Below are positions 10,557 to 20,040 of a DNA stretch of 64,000 nucleotides, piece by piece. The stretch is from Cyanobacteria bacterium P01_A01_bin.123 (GTDB lineage Bacteria > Cyanobacteriota > Cyanobacteriia > Phormidesmidales > Phormidesmidaceae). How positions within the stretch are numbered: position 1 is the stretch's first letter; every line of letters starts with the position of its first letter. The notes under the pieces are model-generated. The model ran no database searches. It had not been told where the DNA came from and saw nothing but the letters and a program-made list of their open reading frames with translations. Location: the NCBI GenBank assembly GCA_039815185.1, contig JBCBZT010000018.1:32001-96000 (forward strand), given 5' to 3'. Made by a program: the position numbers and the translations under genes.

Positions 10557-11729
10557 ATGCAAATTGCTCGACGGTTAGCCCCCCTCCAGCGGAATGTTTT
10601 TGCGGATATGGATCGGGCCAAAGCTAAAGCTCGATTGGCTGGACGAGAGATTATTGATCTATCTCTGGGTTCCTCTGATATCCCTGTGGCTAAACCGATT
10701 TTAGATGCGATCGCGGCCTCTCTCTATGACCCGACGACTCACGGCTATTCTCTATTTCAGAGTACCCAACCCTTTCGTCAGGCCGTTGCCGATTGGTATA
10801 CCCGAAAGTATGGGTTGCCAGTTGATCCGGAAACGGAAGTATTGACTTTAATTGGATCCCAAGAGGGCACAGCCCATTTGCCCCTGGCAATTTTGAACCC
10901 AAAGGATTTTGCCCTGCTCATGGATCCGGGGTATCCCTCCCATGCTGGAGGCGTACATTTGGCCGATGGACAAATCTATACAATGCCGTTGCGCGCCGAG
11001 AATGAATTTCTTCCGGTCTTTTCAGAGATTCCATCTGAGGTGATAGACCAGTCTCGGATGATGGTTTTGAGCTATCCGAATAATCCCACAACTGCCCAAG
11101 CGCCCCTAGATTTTTGGCAATCGGCAGTGGCCTTTTGTCAGACCCACAACATTGTGTTGGTTCACGATTTTCCCTATACCGATGTTGTATTTGACGGTGA
11201 TCATGCCCCTTCGGTATTCCAGGCTGATCCAGAAAAATCAGTGTCGATTGAATTCTACAGCTTCTCCAAGTCTTACAATATGGGTGGCTTTCGGGTCGGC
11301 TATGCCATTGGTAATGCTGAGCTGATCAAAGCACTACGTCAGGTCAAAGCCAATGTTGATTTTAATCAGTACCGTGGCATTCTCAACGGTGCGATCGCGG
11401 CTTTATCAGGGCCCCAGTGTTATGTTCAGCAAACCGTTGATACCTTTCGTCAACGTCGGGATGCATTTGTCCAGGCGATGCACAACATTGGCTGGGCGGT
11501 ACCAACCCCAACCGCCACGATGTACATCTGGGCTCAATTGCCCCAACCCTGGGCTGAACGCTCTATGGAGTTTGCTGTGAAGCTAGTTGAGACAACTGGT
11601 GTTGCAGTCTCACCAGGTTTTGGATTTGGTAAATCTGGCGAAGGTTACGTGCGTTTTGCACTCGTCCATGAACCAGAGACGCTAATCACAGCAGTTGAAC
11701 GCATGGCTCAGTTTCTCAAATCAAAATAA
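10557..11729 (+). CDS. class I/II PLP aminotransferase (LL-diaminopimelate aminotransferase-like)
   Basis: YPNNPT, HDFPY, SFSKSYNMGGFRVG, GEGYVRFAL. Confidence 0.88.
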   Translation: MQIARRLAPLQRNVFADMDRAKAKARLAGREIIDLSLGSSDIPVAKPILDAIAASLYDPTTHGYSLFQSTQPFRQAVADWYTRKYGLPVDPETEVLTLIGSQEGTAHLPLAILNPKDFALLMDPGYPSHAGGVHLADGQIYTMPLRAENEFLPVFSEIPSEVIDQSRMMVLSYPNNPTTAQAPLDFWQSAVAFCQTHNIVLVHDFPYTDVVFDGDHAPSVFQADPEKSVSIEFYSFSKSYNMGGFRVGYAIGNAELIKALRQVKANVDFNQYRGILNGAIAALSGPQCYVQQTVDTFRQRRDAFVQAMHNIGWAVPTPTATMYIWAQLPQPWAERSMEFAVKLVETTGVAVSPGFGFGKSGEGYVRFALVHEPETLITAVERMAQFLKSK

Positions 11730-11742
11730 ATGCCTAATCGTA

Positions 11743-12165
11743 ATGGCCTTGGTTGCGGCCATGGCCGAAGCTCCGATGCCTCCCTCTGAGTCTAAAGGAC
11801 GAATCCTAGTTATCGAAGACGACGCAGCTAATCTCAAGCTACTGGTAGATTACCTTGAGCACCTTAATTACGCAGTGCTCGGGTTAGAAGAAGGTCGCCG
11901 TCTACTCCAGCATTTGACGTCTTTTCGACCCCATGTGATCTTGCTCGACATTAAGCTGCCGGGACCTTCCGGGTATCATTTGATCCAACAGGTTAGACAA
12001 CATCCCCTCTGGCAAAGGCTACCAATTGTGGTACTTTCCGGCTATGCGTTTGCCACCGATCGACAAAAAGCCCTTGATTTGGGGGCCAACGACTATCTGG
12101 TTAAACCCGTAAAGCTCCAACAGCTGAGACAGCGAATTGAGCAAGCCTGCGATTTAAGTCCCTAA
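11743..12165 (+). CDS. single-domain CheY-like response regulator (start uncertain: 11743, 11761 or 11776)
   Basis: ILVIEDD, LLDIKLPG, GANDYLVKPV. Confidence 0.88.
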   Translation: MALVAAMAEAPMPPSESKGRILVIEDDAANLKLLVDYLEHLNYAVLGLEEGRRLLQHLTSFRPHVILLDIKLPGPSGYHLIQQVRQHPLWQRLPIVVLSGYAFATDRQKALDLGANDYLVKPVKLQQLRQRIEQACDLSP

Positions 12166-12345
12166 ATCCTCAGTATCTTCCGTATTCAGGTAGTCTTCGA
12201 CGGTTTGGCTCAGGGAATGAAGGGCATCTCCAATGCCATTGACCCGAGTCTCCAATTGGGAGACAACTAAAACTAAGGTTTGTAGTTGGTTGAGTACATC
12301 GCTGATCTCTTCGCGATATTGCTGTTCAAAGGTTTGCTTATCCAT
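12154..12345 (-). CDS. small coiled-coil hypothetical protein
   Basis: 63-aa ATG ORF, amphipathic helical pattern, convergent with the response regulator. Confidence 0.6.
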   Translation of the reverse strand: MDKQTFEQQYREEISDVLNQLQTLVLVVSQLETRVNGIGDALHSLSQTVEDYLNTEDTEDLGT

Positions 12346-12946
12346 TGGGATTAATCGATTTCAGGAAGGAACACACCGACACCCCTGGATCGATCCTTGA
12401 TCAAGCTCAATCCGAGGTATCTTCCCATTAATTCACAATCTGAAGAGCAAAATACCAAGAAAGTTTTGTAAATTATCAAAAAAATACGTATCCTTTAATG
12501 CTATTAAGGGGACTTTACATTCGTAGATTTTGCATCGATCGGCCAATTCAGTTAAATGCTGTGCTGCTTTCAGGCTAAAGCAAAGATCAGATTGTCCTCT
12601 TTTTCTCGTGGCAGTGGTGGCAAGAGTATGTGTAGTATAAATTACCTCTATGGCTAAGTATTTATTCTGTGGGAGAATTCTAGGGCTAAGATCTCGTTAG
12701 TCTCCTTAGTTATTCGCCATGAGCACCATCACCGAGCGTAAAAGCCAAGTGCAGCGCATCCAAAAGTTGGGCTTTGGAGATGGCTCCCCTAGTCAGTCTG
12801 ACTGATTTGGCAGTGCTTGGCTCTCAAGAGAATCCGCTCAGCGATCGCGCCTGTCCACCACAATCCGAGACAATCTGCTCGTTCTGAGCCCTGCATGCAA
12901 TTTCATGGCTTTTGGGGGAATGATGCGATCAAGGCAGCAGGGAAAA

Positions 12947-12996
12947 ACTGTATAGGTTCTCTAGCCTGTGAGATAAGAAAACTTGTGAAGGCCAAT
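12947..12996 (+). repeat. LRR-array leader element, copy 1
   Basis: ACTGTATAGGTTCTCTAGCCTGTGAGATAAGAAAACTTGTGAAGGCCAAT aligns with copies at 14095, 16070, 17308 and 25177. Confidence 0.75.
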
Positions 12997-13087
12997 AGGG
13001 TTTTGCTAGTTAAAGCGGTCATGCCGTAAGCGGGGTTCTCCCGAGCATGAACCCTTTGGAGGCCGCCGAAACTCAGGAGGAGTGGCC

Positions 13088-13244
13088 ATGAAGCGCGCGA
13101 TCGCGATCGGTTTGCTGCCGATTTAATAGTGTCGATGTCACTCCCCTCAACCGCTTGACAAATTTAGAGGTGCTTTCTTTGGCGGGCAATGACATCAGCG
13201 ATCGCACTTGCCCCGTGCAACCCGAAACCGTTTGTCGGTTTTGA
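13088..13244 (+). pseudogene. internally deleted LRR gene remnant
   Basis: GGAGGAG RBS, then MKRAIAIGLLPI*, then in another frame VDVTPLNRLTNLEVLSLAGNDISDRTCPVQPETVCRF*; both termini match the neighbouring LRR genes. Confidence 0.85.
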
Positions 13245-13302
13245 CCCTGCCCCTGCCCGTGGCGGCATGGCTGCACAGAACACAAAACTAGGAGGTATGA
13301 CC

Positions 13303-14016
13303 ATGAAACCGATTCACATTGTTGGGCTATCGGTGCTTGTGGCGAATGTCGGTTGTACCAGCACTACAGACTTAAACAACAAAACTGCCTCAGAACCACC
13401 TGAATCACCAAAACCTGAAATCACGGCCCCAAATGAGACTGTATCAGCAACGGCTGAAGGGTTTGCCACCTTTGCCGACTGGTGTCTAAACCGAGAGAGT
13501 TTATCTCCAGAGGCGCTGCATACCGTTGAGCTGCTCTTAGAGAAAGCCGGAACTCAGGACTGTAGCTCAGCGCAAGAAAGTCTGGGCAATCTGAGTGACC
13601 TTATGCTCAGTAACAGCCAAGCTATAGAACTGGCACCGTTGGCCAGCCTGACCCACCTAAGCAGGCTTGACCTCAGCCGCAATCAAATTGTGGATGTGGC
13701 TCCCTTAGCCAACCTGACTAACTTGACTGGGCTTTATCTCAGCGATAACGAAATTGTAGATGTGGCCCCGTTAAATCGTTTGAACCGTCTGAGCGAACTT
13801 TCTCTGGCGGGCAATGACATCGCCGATGTGGCCCCACTCGCGAATCTGACTAACTTGGCCACACTTGATCTCTACAACAACGCCATTACAGATGTGACTC
13901 CCTTAGCGGCACTGAGCGAGTTGACCCTGCTTTACCTGGGCGAAAATCCACTCAGCGATCGCACCTGCCCTCTGCAACCCGAGACCATTTGCATCTTCTC
14001 TAACATCGTTCCTTAA
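13303..14016 (+). CDS. internalin-like leucine-rich repeat lipoprotein (LRR-1)
   Basis: GGAGG at 13291; lipobox-like NVG-C; FADWC...QDC cap; 22-aa repeats LxxLxLxxNxIxDVxPL; DRTCPLQPETIC end. Confidence 0.9.
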   Translation: MKPIHIVGLSVLVANVGCTSTTDLNNKTASEPPESPKPEITAPNETVSATAEGFATFADWCLNRESLSPEALHTVELLLEKAGTQDCSSAQESLGNLSDLMLSNSQAIELAPLASLTHLSRLDLSRNQIVDVAPLANLTNLTGLYLSDNEIVDVAPLNRLNRLSELSLAGNDIADVAPLANLTNLATLDLYNNAITDVTPLAALSELTLLYLGENPLSDRTCPLQPETICIFSNIVP

Positions 14017-14094
14017 CAGCCTGAAACTATCTGTCAGTTATGACTCCCAAATGCGATCGCTTCAGGAAAAAATGGGATTAGGCAACAGAGAAAA

Positions 14095-14143
14095 ACAGCA
14101 TAAGTTATTCGACTTGCGAAATAAGGAATCTGTGAGGGCCAAT
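14095..14143 (+). repeat. LRR-array leader element, copy 2
   Basis: ACAGCATAAGTTATTCGACTTGCGAAATAAGGAATCTGTGAGGGCCAAT. Confidence 0.85.
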
Positions 14144-14198
14144 GGTGGCCTTCCTCAAGGGGCAACCTGGAATCCATAAAGCATCATGAAGAGTCACC

Positions 14199-15308
14199 AT
14201 GAAGGACGCGATCGCCATCGGCTTATTATTTTTTTTATGCGCGAATTGTGGAAATGTCATCGCTCAAAATGAGACTGCTTCAGACTCGTTTGAAACCTTT
14301 GCCGATTGGTGTCTGAATCAAGACCGTCTATCCCCAGAAGCTCAGCTTACCGTCGAGGCGTTATTAACTAGGGCTGGAACGCAGGATTGCAACCAGGCTG
14401 AAGCAGTGCTCACCAATCTGACCCAACTTACCTTTTATGGGGGTACCAGTGATGGCATCGTCGATCTTGCGCCCTTTGCCAGCTTGACCCATCTGACTGA
14501 GCTGACCCTCAATGGCCAAGGCATCGTTGATGTCACGCCTTTAGCCCGTTTGACCCAGCTGACCACGCTTGAACTCAATCAAAATAACATCGTAGACGTG
14601 ACCCCCTTAGCCGGTTTGACGAACCTGGCCAAGCTTGAACTGGGAGATAATCACATCGCGGATGTGACTCCCCTAGCAAGTTTGACTCAGCTAACCAAAC
14701 TTGACCTTAGCGGCAATGAAATTGTAGATGTCGCACCGCTCTCTAGCCTCACCAACCTAACCTGGCTGATGCTTGTAGGCAATCAAATCGTGGAGGTATC
14801 TCCCTTAGCCAGTCTGACCGATCTGGGATGGCTTTTTCTAGATAGCAATCAAATTACGGACGTCGCTCCCTTCGGGAGTCTGACCCAGCTAAAAGCGCTG
14901 TCTATTGGTAACAACCTAATTATTGATGTGACTCCGCTGGCCAACCTGACCGATTTAGATGCACTCTGGCTCCAAGGTAATCAGATTGCGGACGTTTCGC
15001 CGCTAACAAATATGACCGGTTTGTCGCTACTCTACATTGCGGATAATCAAATCACGGATATCGCCTCATTAGCGAATCTGACGAATCTAAACGAGCTTTG
15101 GCTCAATCACAATCAAATTGCAGACGTCGCTCCGTTAGCCAGTCTAACCAGACTTACGGAGCTTGACCTCAGCCACAATCAAATCGTGGATGTGAGCCCA
15201 TTAGCCAGCCTAATACATCTGACCGACCTTAATCTGCGTGAAAATCCGCTCCGCGATCGCACTTGCCCCGTGATATCCGACACCCCCTACACAATCTGCT
15301 GGTTTTGA
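14199..15308 (+). CDS. secreted internalin-like LRR protein (LRR-2)
   Basis: MKDAIAIGLL signal, FADWC cap, about 12-13 22-aa LRRs, DRTCP...IC end. Confidence 0.92.
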   Translation: MKDAIAIGLLFFLCANCGNVIAQNETASDSFETFADWCLNQDRLSPEAQLTVEALLTRAGTQDCNQAEAVLTNLTQLTFYGGTSDGIVDLAPFASLTHLTELTLNGQGIVDVTPLARLTQLTTLELNQNNIVDVTPLAGLTNLAKLELGDNHIADVTPLASLTQLTKLDLSGNEIVDVAPLSSLTNLTWLMLVGNQIVEVSPLASLTDLGWLFLDSNQITDVAPFGSLTQLKALSIGNNLIIDVTPLANLTDLDALWLQGNQIADVSPLTNMTGLSLLYIADNQITDIASLANLTNLNELWLNHNQIADVAPLASLTRLTELDLSHNQIVDVSPLASLIHLTDLNLRENPLRDRTCPVISDTPYTICWF

Positions 15309-15371
15309 CCCCCTTTACTTGAGCGCTGCTGTATTCGCGACAAGGGCTCCCCATCTCCCTGCAAAAACAGC

Positions 15372-15890
15372 TCACGCCTCACCATGCACATATAAATCGA
15401 AGTACTCATCAGTGTCGATGTTGTAGTGAATCTGAAAGTAACAGTCTCCCCCATCCAGAGGAGGCCCTCCCCCATCCATTAAATCCTCGACTGAGGCATT
15501 GCAGAAAAAGCTGGTATAGATAATTGCTTCACCATCAGTAGTGAAGTAGCCAAAATACTGACGGCCATAGTCTGGCAGCGCTTCCTCCAAAGGCCGCACT
15601 GGGTTAAAGCCAACGCCATCGCTCAATCGCTCGTCTGTGAGCAGGGCAGGCAGAATCTGCGCTTCCAAGTGGGCAATGTCTGCGGCAGAAGGTGACCAAA
15701 ATTCGACAGTGTCGGCAGTCATAGGTATATCAAGGCGTTGCCGCTCTGCCTCAGCGGCACTAAAGATCACACCAAGGTAGTCTGGCTCTTGAATCAAAGT
15801 TGTCGGAGGTGCAGGTGTCTCCACCGCGCATCCGGCCAGACTAATCGCAATGGGCATAACGATGGTAAAGAACAGTCTTGAAAGTGGCAT
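15372..15890 (-). CDS. hypothetical lipoprotein
   Basis: Lipobox LAG-C; YGRQYFG...FFC...DGGDCYF...VHGEA. Confidence 0.78.
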   Translation of the reverse strand: MPLSRLFFTIVMPIAISLAGCAVETPAPPTTLIQEPDYLGVIFSAAEAERQRLDIPMTADTVEFWSPSAADIAHLEAQILPALLTDERLSDGVGFNPVRPLEEALPDYGRQYFGYFTTDGEAIIYTSFFCNASVEDLMDGGGPPLDGGDCYFQIHYNIDTDEYFDLYVHGEA

Positions 15891-16069
15891 CTTGATTTCT
15901 CTCCCATTTGCTCGAAGCTATGTCTGAGGCGATTCAGGTGTGTTGCTCGTTCTGAGTGGGATTGGAGCCGATGCGATCGCCCTCAACAGCATTACTGTTG
16001 AGTTAACTTCACCGCCACCGCAGCCAGTTCTGGATCTCTCTAGTATTTGTTTGGACGGTGATCAAGTTA

Positions 16070-16118
16070 ACTGCATAAGTTATTCGACTTGCGAAATAAG
16101 AAACCTTTGAGGGCCAAT
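16070..16118 (+). repeat. LRR-array leader element, copy 3
   Basis: ACTGCATAAGTTATTCGACTTGCGAAATAAGAAACCTTTGAGGGCCAAT, near-identical to copy 2. Confidence 0.85.
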
Positions 16119-16173
16119 GGCGGCCTTCCTCAACGGACAACCTGGAAGCCACAAAGCATCAAGAGGAGTCACC

Positions 16174-17265
16174 ATGAAGGGTGCGATCGCGATCGGTTTA
16201 TTATGCGCGAGTTGTGGAAATGCCATCGCTCAAAACGAGACTGCTTCAAACTCGTTTGAAACCTTTGCCGATTGGTGTCTGAATCAAGACCGTCTATCCC
16301 CAGAAGCCCAGCTTACCGTCGAGGCGTTATTAACCAGGGCTAGAACGCAGGATTGCAACCAGGCTGAAGCGGTGCTCACTAATCTGACCCAGCTTACCTT
16401 TTATGTGAGTACCAGTGAGGGCATCGTCGATCTTGCTCCCTTCGCCAGCTTGCCCCATCTGACTGAGCTGACCCTCGATGGGCAAGACATCGTCGATGTG
16501 ACCCCGCTCGCCAGTTTGACCCAGCTGACTCAGCTAACTCTCGCAGGCAATAATCTCACAGATGTGTCTCCCCTAGCCAGTTTGACGAATCTCGCGAAGC
16601 TTGACCTGCGAGATAATTGCATCGCCGATGTGGCTCCCTTAGCGAATCTAACCGAGCTGCTCCAGCTTGACCTCAGCAACAATGCGATTGTAGATATTGC
16701 TCCGCTTGCTAGCCTTACCCACCTGACCGCGCTGATACTTTCGGGCAATCAAATTGTGGAGGGGGCTCCCTTAGCCAGTCTGACCTATCTCAGAACGCTG
16801 ACCCTCGATGACAACCAAATTGTAGAGGTGGCTCCCTTAACCAATCTGACCCATCTCAGAACGCTGACCCTCGGTAACAATCAAATTGCCGATGTCACCC
16901 CATTGGGTAGTCTGACAAGTTTGGATGCGCTTTGGCTTTACGACAATCAAATCGCTGATGTCACCCCGCTAGCGAACTTGAGCGATCTGTCGTTGCTTTA
17001 CCTGGCAGACAACCAAATCACGGATGTCAGCCCGTTAGCGAGCCTGACACAGCTCAATGAGCTTTGGCTTTATGACAATCAAATTGCAGACGTGGCGCCG
17101 CTAGCGAGTCTGACCAATCTTATCAAGCTTGACCTCAGCCAAAATCAAATTGCCGATGTGAGTCCGTTAGCGAGTCTGACATATCTCAGCAAACTGGATC
17201 TGGGTGAGAATCCGCTGCGCGATCGCACTTGCCCCGTGCAACCCGAAACTATCTGTCAGTTCTGA
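16174..17265 (+). CDS. secreted internalin-like LRR protein (LRR-3)
   Basis: GAGGAG RBS before ATG 16174; N-terminal ~100 aa nearly identical to LRR-2; DRTCPVQPETICQF end. Confidence 0.92.
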   Translation: MKGAIAIGLLCASCGNAIAQNETASNSFETFADWCLNQDRLSPEAQLTVEALLTRARTQDCNQAEAVLTNLTQLTFYVSTSEGIVDLAPFASLPHLTELTLDGQDIVDVTPLASLTQLTQLTLAGNNLTDVSPLASLTNLAKLDLRDNCIADVAPLANLTELLQLDLSNNAIVDIAPLASLTHLTALILSGNQIVEGAPLASLTYLRTLTLDDNQIVEVAPLTNLTHLRTLTLGNNQIADVTPLGSLTSLDALWLYDNQIADVTPLANLSDLSLLYLADNQITDVSPLASLTQLNELWLYDNQIADVAPLASLTNLIKLDLSQNQIADVSPLASLTYLSKLDLGENPLRDRTCPVQPETICQF

Positions 17266-17307
17266 TGCCCGAACGCGATCGCCTCTGAGACCAGGAAGCA
17301 AGGCCAT

Positions 17308-17356
17308 ACTGCATAAGTTCTCCGGTCTATGACATGGGAAACCTGTGAAGGCCAAT
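17308..17356 (+). repeat. LRR-array leader element, copy 4 (no LRR gene follows)
   Basis: ACTGCATAAGTTCTCCGGTCTATGACATGGGAAACCTGTGAAGGCCAAT. Confidence 0.8.
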
Positions 17357-17429
17357 GGTGGCTCTCTGCTTGGGGCATGACTTCTGCAATTCAAAATCGC
17401 AAATCCATAATTGATCACACCCTTGAGTT

Positions 17430-17466
17430 CTATCTATAATATTTGTTTTGCAAATATTATAGATAG
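17430..17466. promoter_or_regulatory. AT-rich 16-bp inverted repeat upstream of flv4
   Basis: CTATCTATAATATTTG-TTTTG-CAAATATTATAGATAG; function unknown. Confidence 0.5.
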
Positions 17467-17581
17467 TTATTTATATAAATTACTTATCAAAAGCTTTTAA
17501 GATTGACATTTTACAGTTGGTGGGGCGAGCGCAATTATAAAGGTAAGCCTATCGACCACTCAGAAAGGATAGACAAACTTC

Positions 17582-19318
17582 ATGATTGCCCTGACTGATT
17601 CGCGCCAAACTGCTCAAGCATCTAATCGACTAACGCTTCAAACTGCAACCATCGCCCAGAACTCCACAGCTATTCGCTGCCTCGACTGGGACCGTGATCG
17701 CTTCGATATTGAGTTTGAGTTGCAAAATGGCACAACCTACAATTCGTTTCTGATTCGGGGCGATAAAACTGCCCTGGTCGATACGTCCCATCGCAAGTTC
17801 GAGTCTCTCTACTTCGATAGCCTGATGGGCTTGGTTAACCCGGCTGAAATTGACTACCTAATCGTCAACCACACCGAACCAGACCACAGCGGCCTGATTC
17901 AAGCGCTGCTGAAGCTAGCCCCCCAGATTACCGTTGTGGGATCTAAGGTGGCTATTCAGTTTTTAGAAAATCAGGTCCACTGCACCTTCAAAGCCCATCG
18001 AGTCAAAAGTGGCGACCGTCTAGATTTGGGCCAGGGCCACCAGCTCGAATTTATCTCAGCACCTAACCTGCACTGGCCCGATACCATCTTCACCTATGAC
18101 CATGGCACCCAGGTGCTCTATACCTGTGATGTCTTTGGCATGCACTACTGTGATGACGCCCTCTATGACGAGGCACCGCAGCTTCTAGATGCTGATTTTC
18201 AGTATTACTACGATTGCTTAATGGGCCCCAACGCCCGGTCGGTGCTGGGAGCGCTGAAGCGGATGGCTCCTTTTTCTATCGATCTGGTGGCCACGGGCCA
18301 CGGGCCTTTGCTGCGGCACCATAAGGAAGATTGGATTAGCCATTATCGTACCTGGAGCGAAACCCAATCAAAAGCTGCCCCCTTTGTGGCCGTGTTTTAC
18401 ACCGATGGCTATGGCTACAGCGATCGCATTGCCCACACCATTGCGCAAGGCATCAGTAAAACGGGTACGGATGTGGAGCTGATGGATGTGCAGGAAGCCG
18501 ACGCCCATGACGTGCGAGAACTGGTTAGCGAAGCGGCTGGCCTAGTGATTGGCATGCCGCCCCAGGCAGAAGCCGACACCAGTTTGCATCCCATCCTCAG
18601 CACAATTTTGGCAGCCGCCCATGATAAGCAAGCCATCGGCCTGTTTGAAACCGGGGGTGGCCATGACGAACCGATTTATCCCTTGCGGAATCGGTTTCAA
18701 GAATTGGGACTGACAGCAGCCTTTGCGCCCATTGTGATTAAGGCAACGCCATCAGCAGCCACAGACAAACTTTGCGAAGAAGCAGGAACTGACCTGAGTC
18801 AATGGCTGAATCGAGACCGTACTCAGCGGCAAGTTAAATCGCTGAATGCCCATTTAGACCAGGCTTTAGGACGCCTTAGCAGTGGATTGTATCTTCTGAC
18901 TGTGCGCAAGGGGAATGTCACCGGGGCTATGTTGGCTTCCTGGGTGATTCAAGCTAGCTTTCAACCCCTGGGAGTCGCGATCACCGTTGCCAAAGACCGC
19001 GCCATTGAATCGCTTTTGCAAGTGGGCGACAGCTTTGTCCTCAATGTTTTGGAAGAAGGCGACTACCAGCCCTTGATGAAGCATTTTCTGAAGCGATTTC
19101 CCCCTGGTGCCGACCGCTTTGCAGGCATTGCGACCTACGACGCCACCAATGGCTCTCCCATTTTGGCAGACGCACTGGCCTATCTAGAATGCACCGTTAC
19201 CCGTCGGTTGGAAGCTAGCGATCACTGGATTGTCTATTGCACCGCCAAAGCCGGACGGGTTGCCAACTCAGATGGATTAACCGCTGTTCATCATCGCAAA
19301 GTCGGCAGTCATTACTAA
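17582..19318 (+). CDS. flv4: flavodiiron protein Flv4
   Basis: RCLDWDRDRFDIEF, HTEPDH, HWPD, CDVFGMH, ATGHG; flavodoxin and flavin reductase domains; first gene of a flv-PsiE-flv arrangement. Confidence 0.88.
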   Translation: MIALTDSRQTAQASNRLTLQTATIAQNSTAIRCLDWDRDRFDIEFELQNGTTYNSFLIRGDKTALVDTSHRKFESLYFDSLMGLVNPAEIDYLIVNHTEPDHSGLIQALLKLAPQITVVGSKVAIQFLENQVHCTFKAHRVKSGDRLDLGQGHQLEFISAPNLHWPDTIFTYDHGTQVLYTCDVFGMHYCDDALYDEAPQLLDADFQYYYDCLMGPNARSVLGALKRMAPFSIDLVATGHGPLLRHHKEDWISHYRTWSETQSKAAPFVAVFYTDGYGYSDRIAHTIAQGISKTGTDVELMDVQEADAHDVRELVSEAAGLVIGMPPQAEADTSLHPILSTILAAAHDKQAIGLFETGGGHDEPIYPLRNRFQELGLTAAFAPIVIKATPSAATDKLCEEAGTDLSQWLNRDRTQRQVKSLNAHLDQALGRLSSGLYLLTVRKGNVTGAMLASWVIQASFQPLGVAITVAKDRAIESLLQVGDSFVLNVLEEGDYQPLMKHFLKRFPPGADRFAGIATYDATNGSPILADALAYLECTVTRRLEASDHWIVYCTAKAGRVANSDGLTAVHHRKVGSHY

Positions 19319-19457
19319 AAACACTGCTCTTTTTGCGCTTGCAGGCCTGTCTGACCCTTCGCATTGCGACAGCCACCCATGATGAGCTTGAGCGCCAGGT
19401 AGGGCATGACTGCTGCAATCCAAAATCGCAAATTCAAAATCCAAAATCAGTATCATC

Positions 19458-19982
19458 ATGCAATCCTCATCTTCATCTCCCTCCCCCCGTTGGGCCACCT
19501 GGCTCAGCAACATTCATATCGTTCGCGTCCTAGAACTGGTTCAAGACTTGATTGTGATTTCTCTTTGCATTGGGCTGTTCAGCTTTATGGTGATGCAGCT
19601 ACGAGAGATGTTCGTGTCGCTGCTGCCGCCTCTGAACTTTCCCCATGTCACTGCGGATATTCTGTTCCTGCTGATTATGGTGGAACTGTTTCGGTTGCTG
19701 ATTATTTACCTGAAAGAGCATCGGGTCTCCATTGGCGTGGCAGTAGAAGTGTCGATCGTTTCGGTGCTACGGGAAATTATTGTGAACGGCGTGCTTGAAA
19801 TCCCTTGGACTCAAGTGTTGGCGACCTGCTCTTTTCTGCTCGTCTTAGGAGCCTTATTGGTCATCCGGGTCTGGATTCCGCCCACCTTTGATGGCGTTGA
19901 CCCAGAGCAGCAAGTTTCTCGCCGTCACCGGATTCGGTTTGCCCACGATTTAGCGGAAATGAGCGGCAAACAAGACCATTGA
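19458..19982 (+). CDS. Sll0218-like PsiE-family membrane protein
   Basis: Four hydrophobic segments, ILFLLIMVELFRLL...VEVSIVSVLREII; lies between two flv genes as in Synechocystis sll0217-0219. Confidence 0.85.
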   Translation: MQSSSSSPSPRWATWLSNIHIVRVLELVQDLIVISLCIGLFSFMVMQLREMFVSLLPPLNFPHVTADILFLLIMVELFRLLIIYLKEHRVSIGVAVEVSIVSVLREIIVNGVLEIPWTQVLATCSFLLVLGALLVIRVWIPPTFDGVDPEQQVSRRHRIRFAHDLAEMSGKQDH

Positions 19983-20040
19983 TGGCTTCAGTCCCCATTA
20001 GACAGGGTTCCTACTCCCATAATCAATCCCCCTTAATCCC

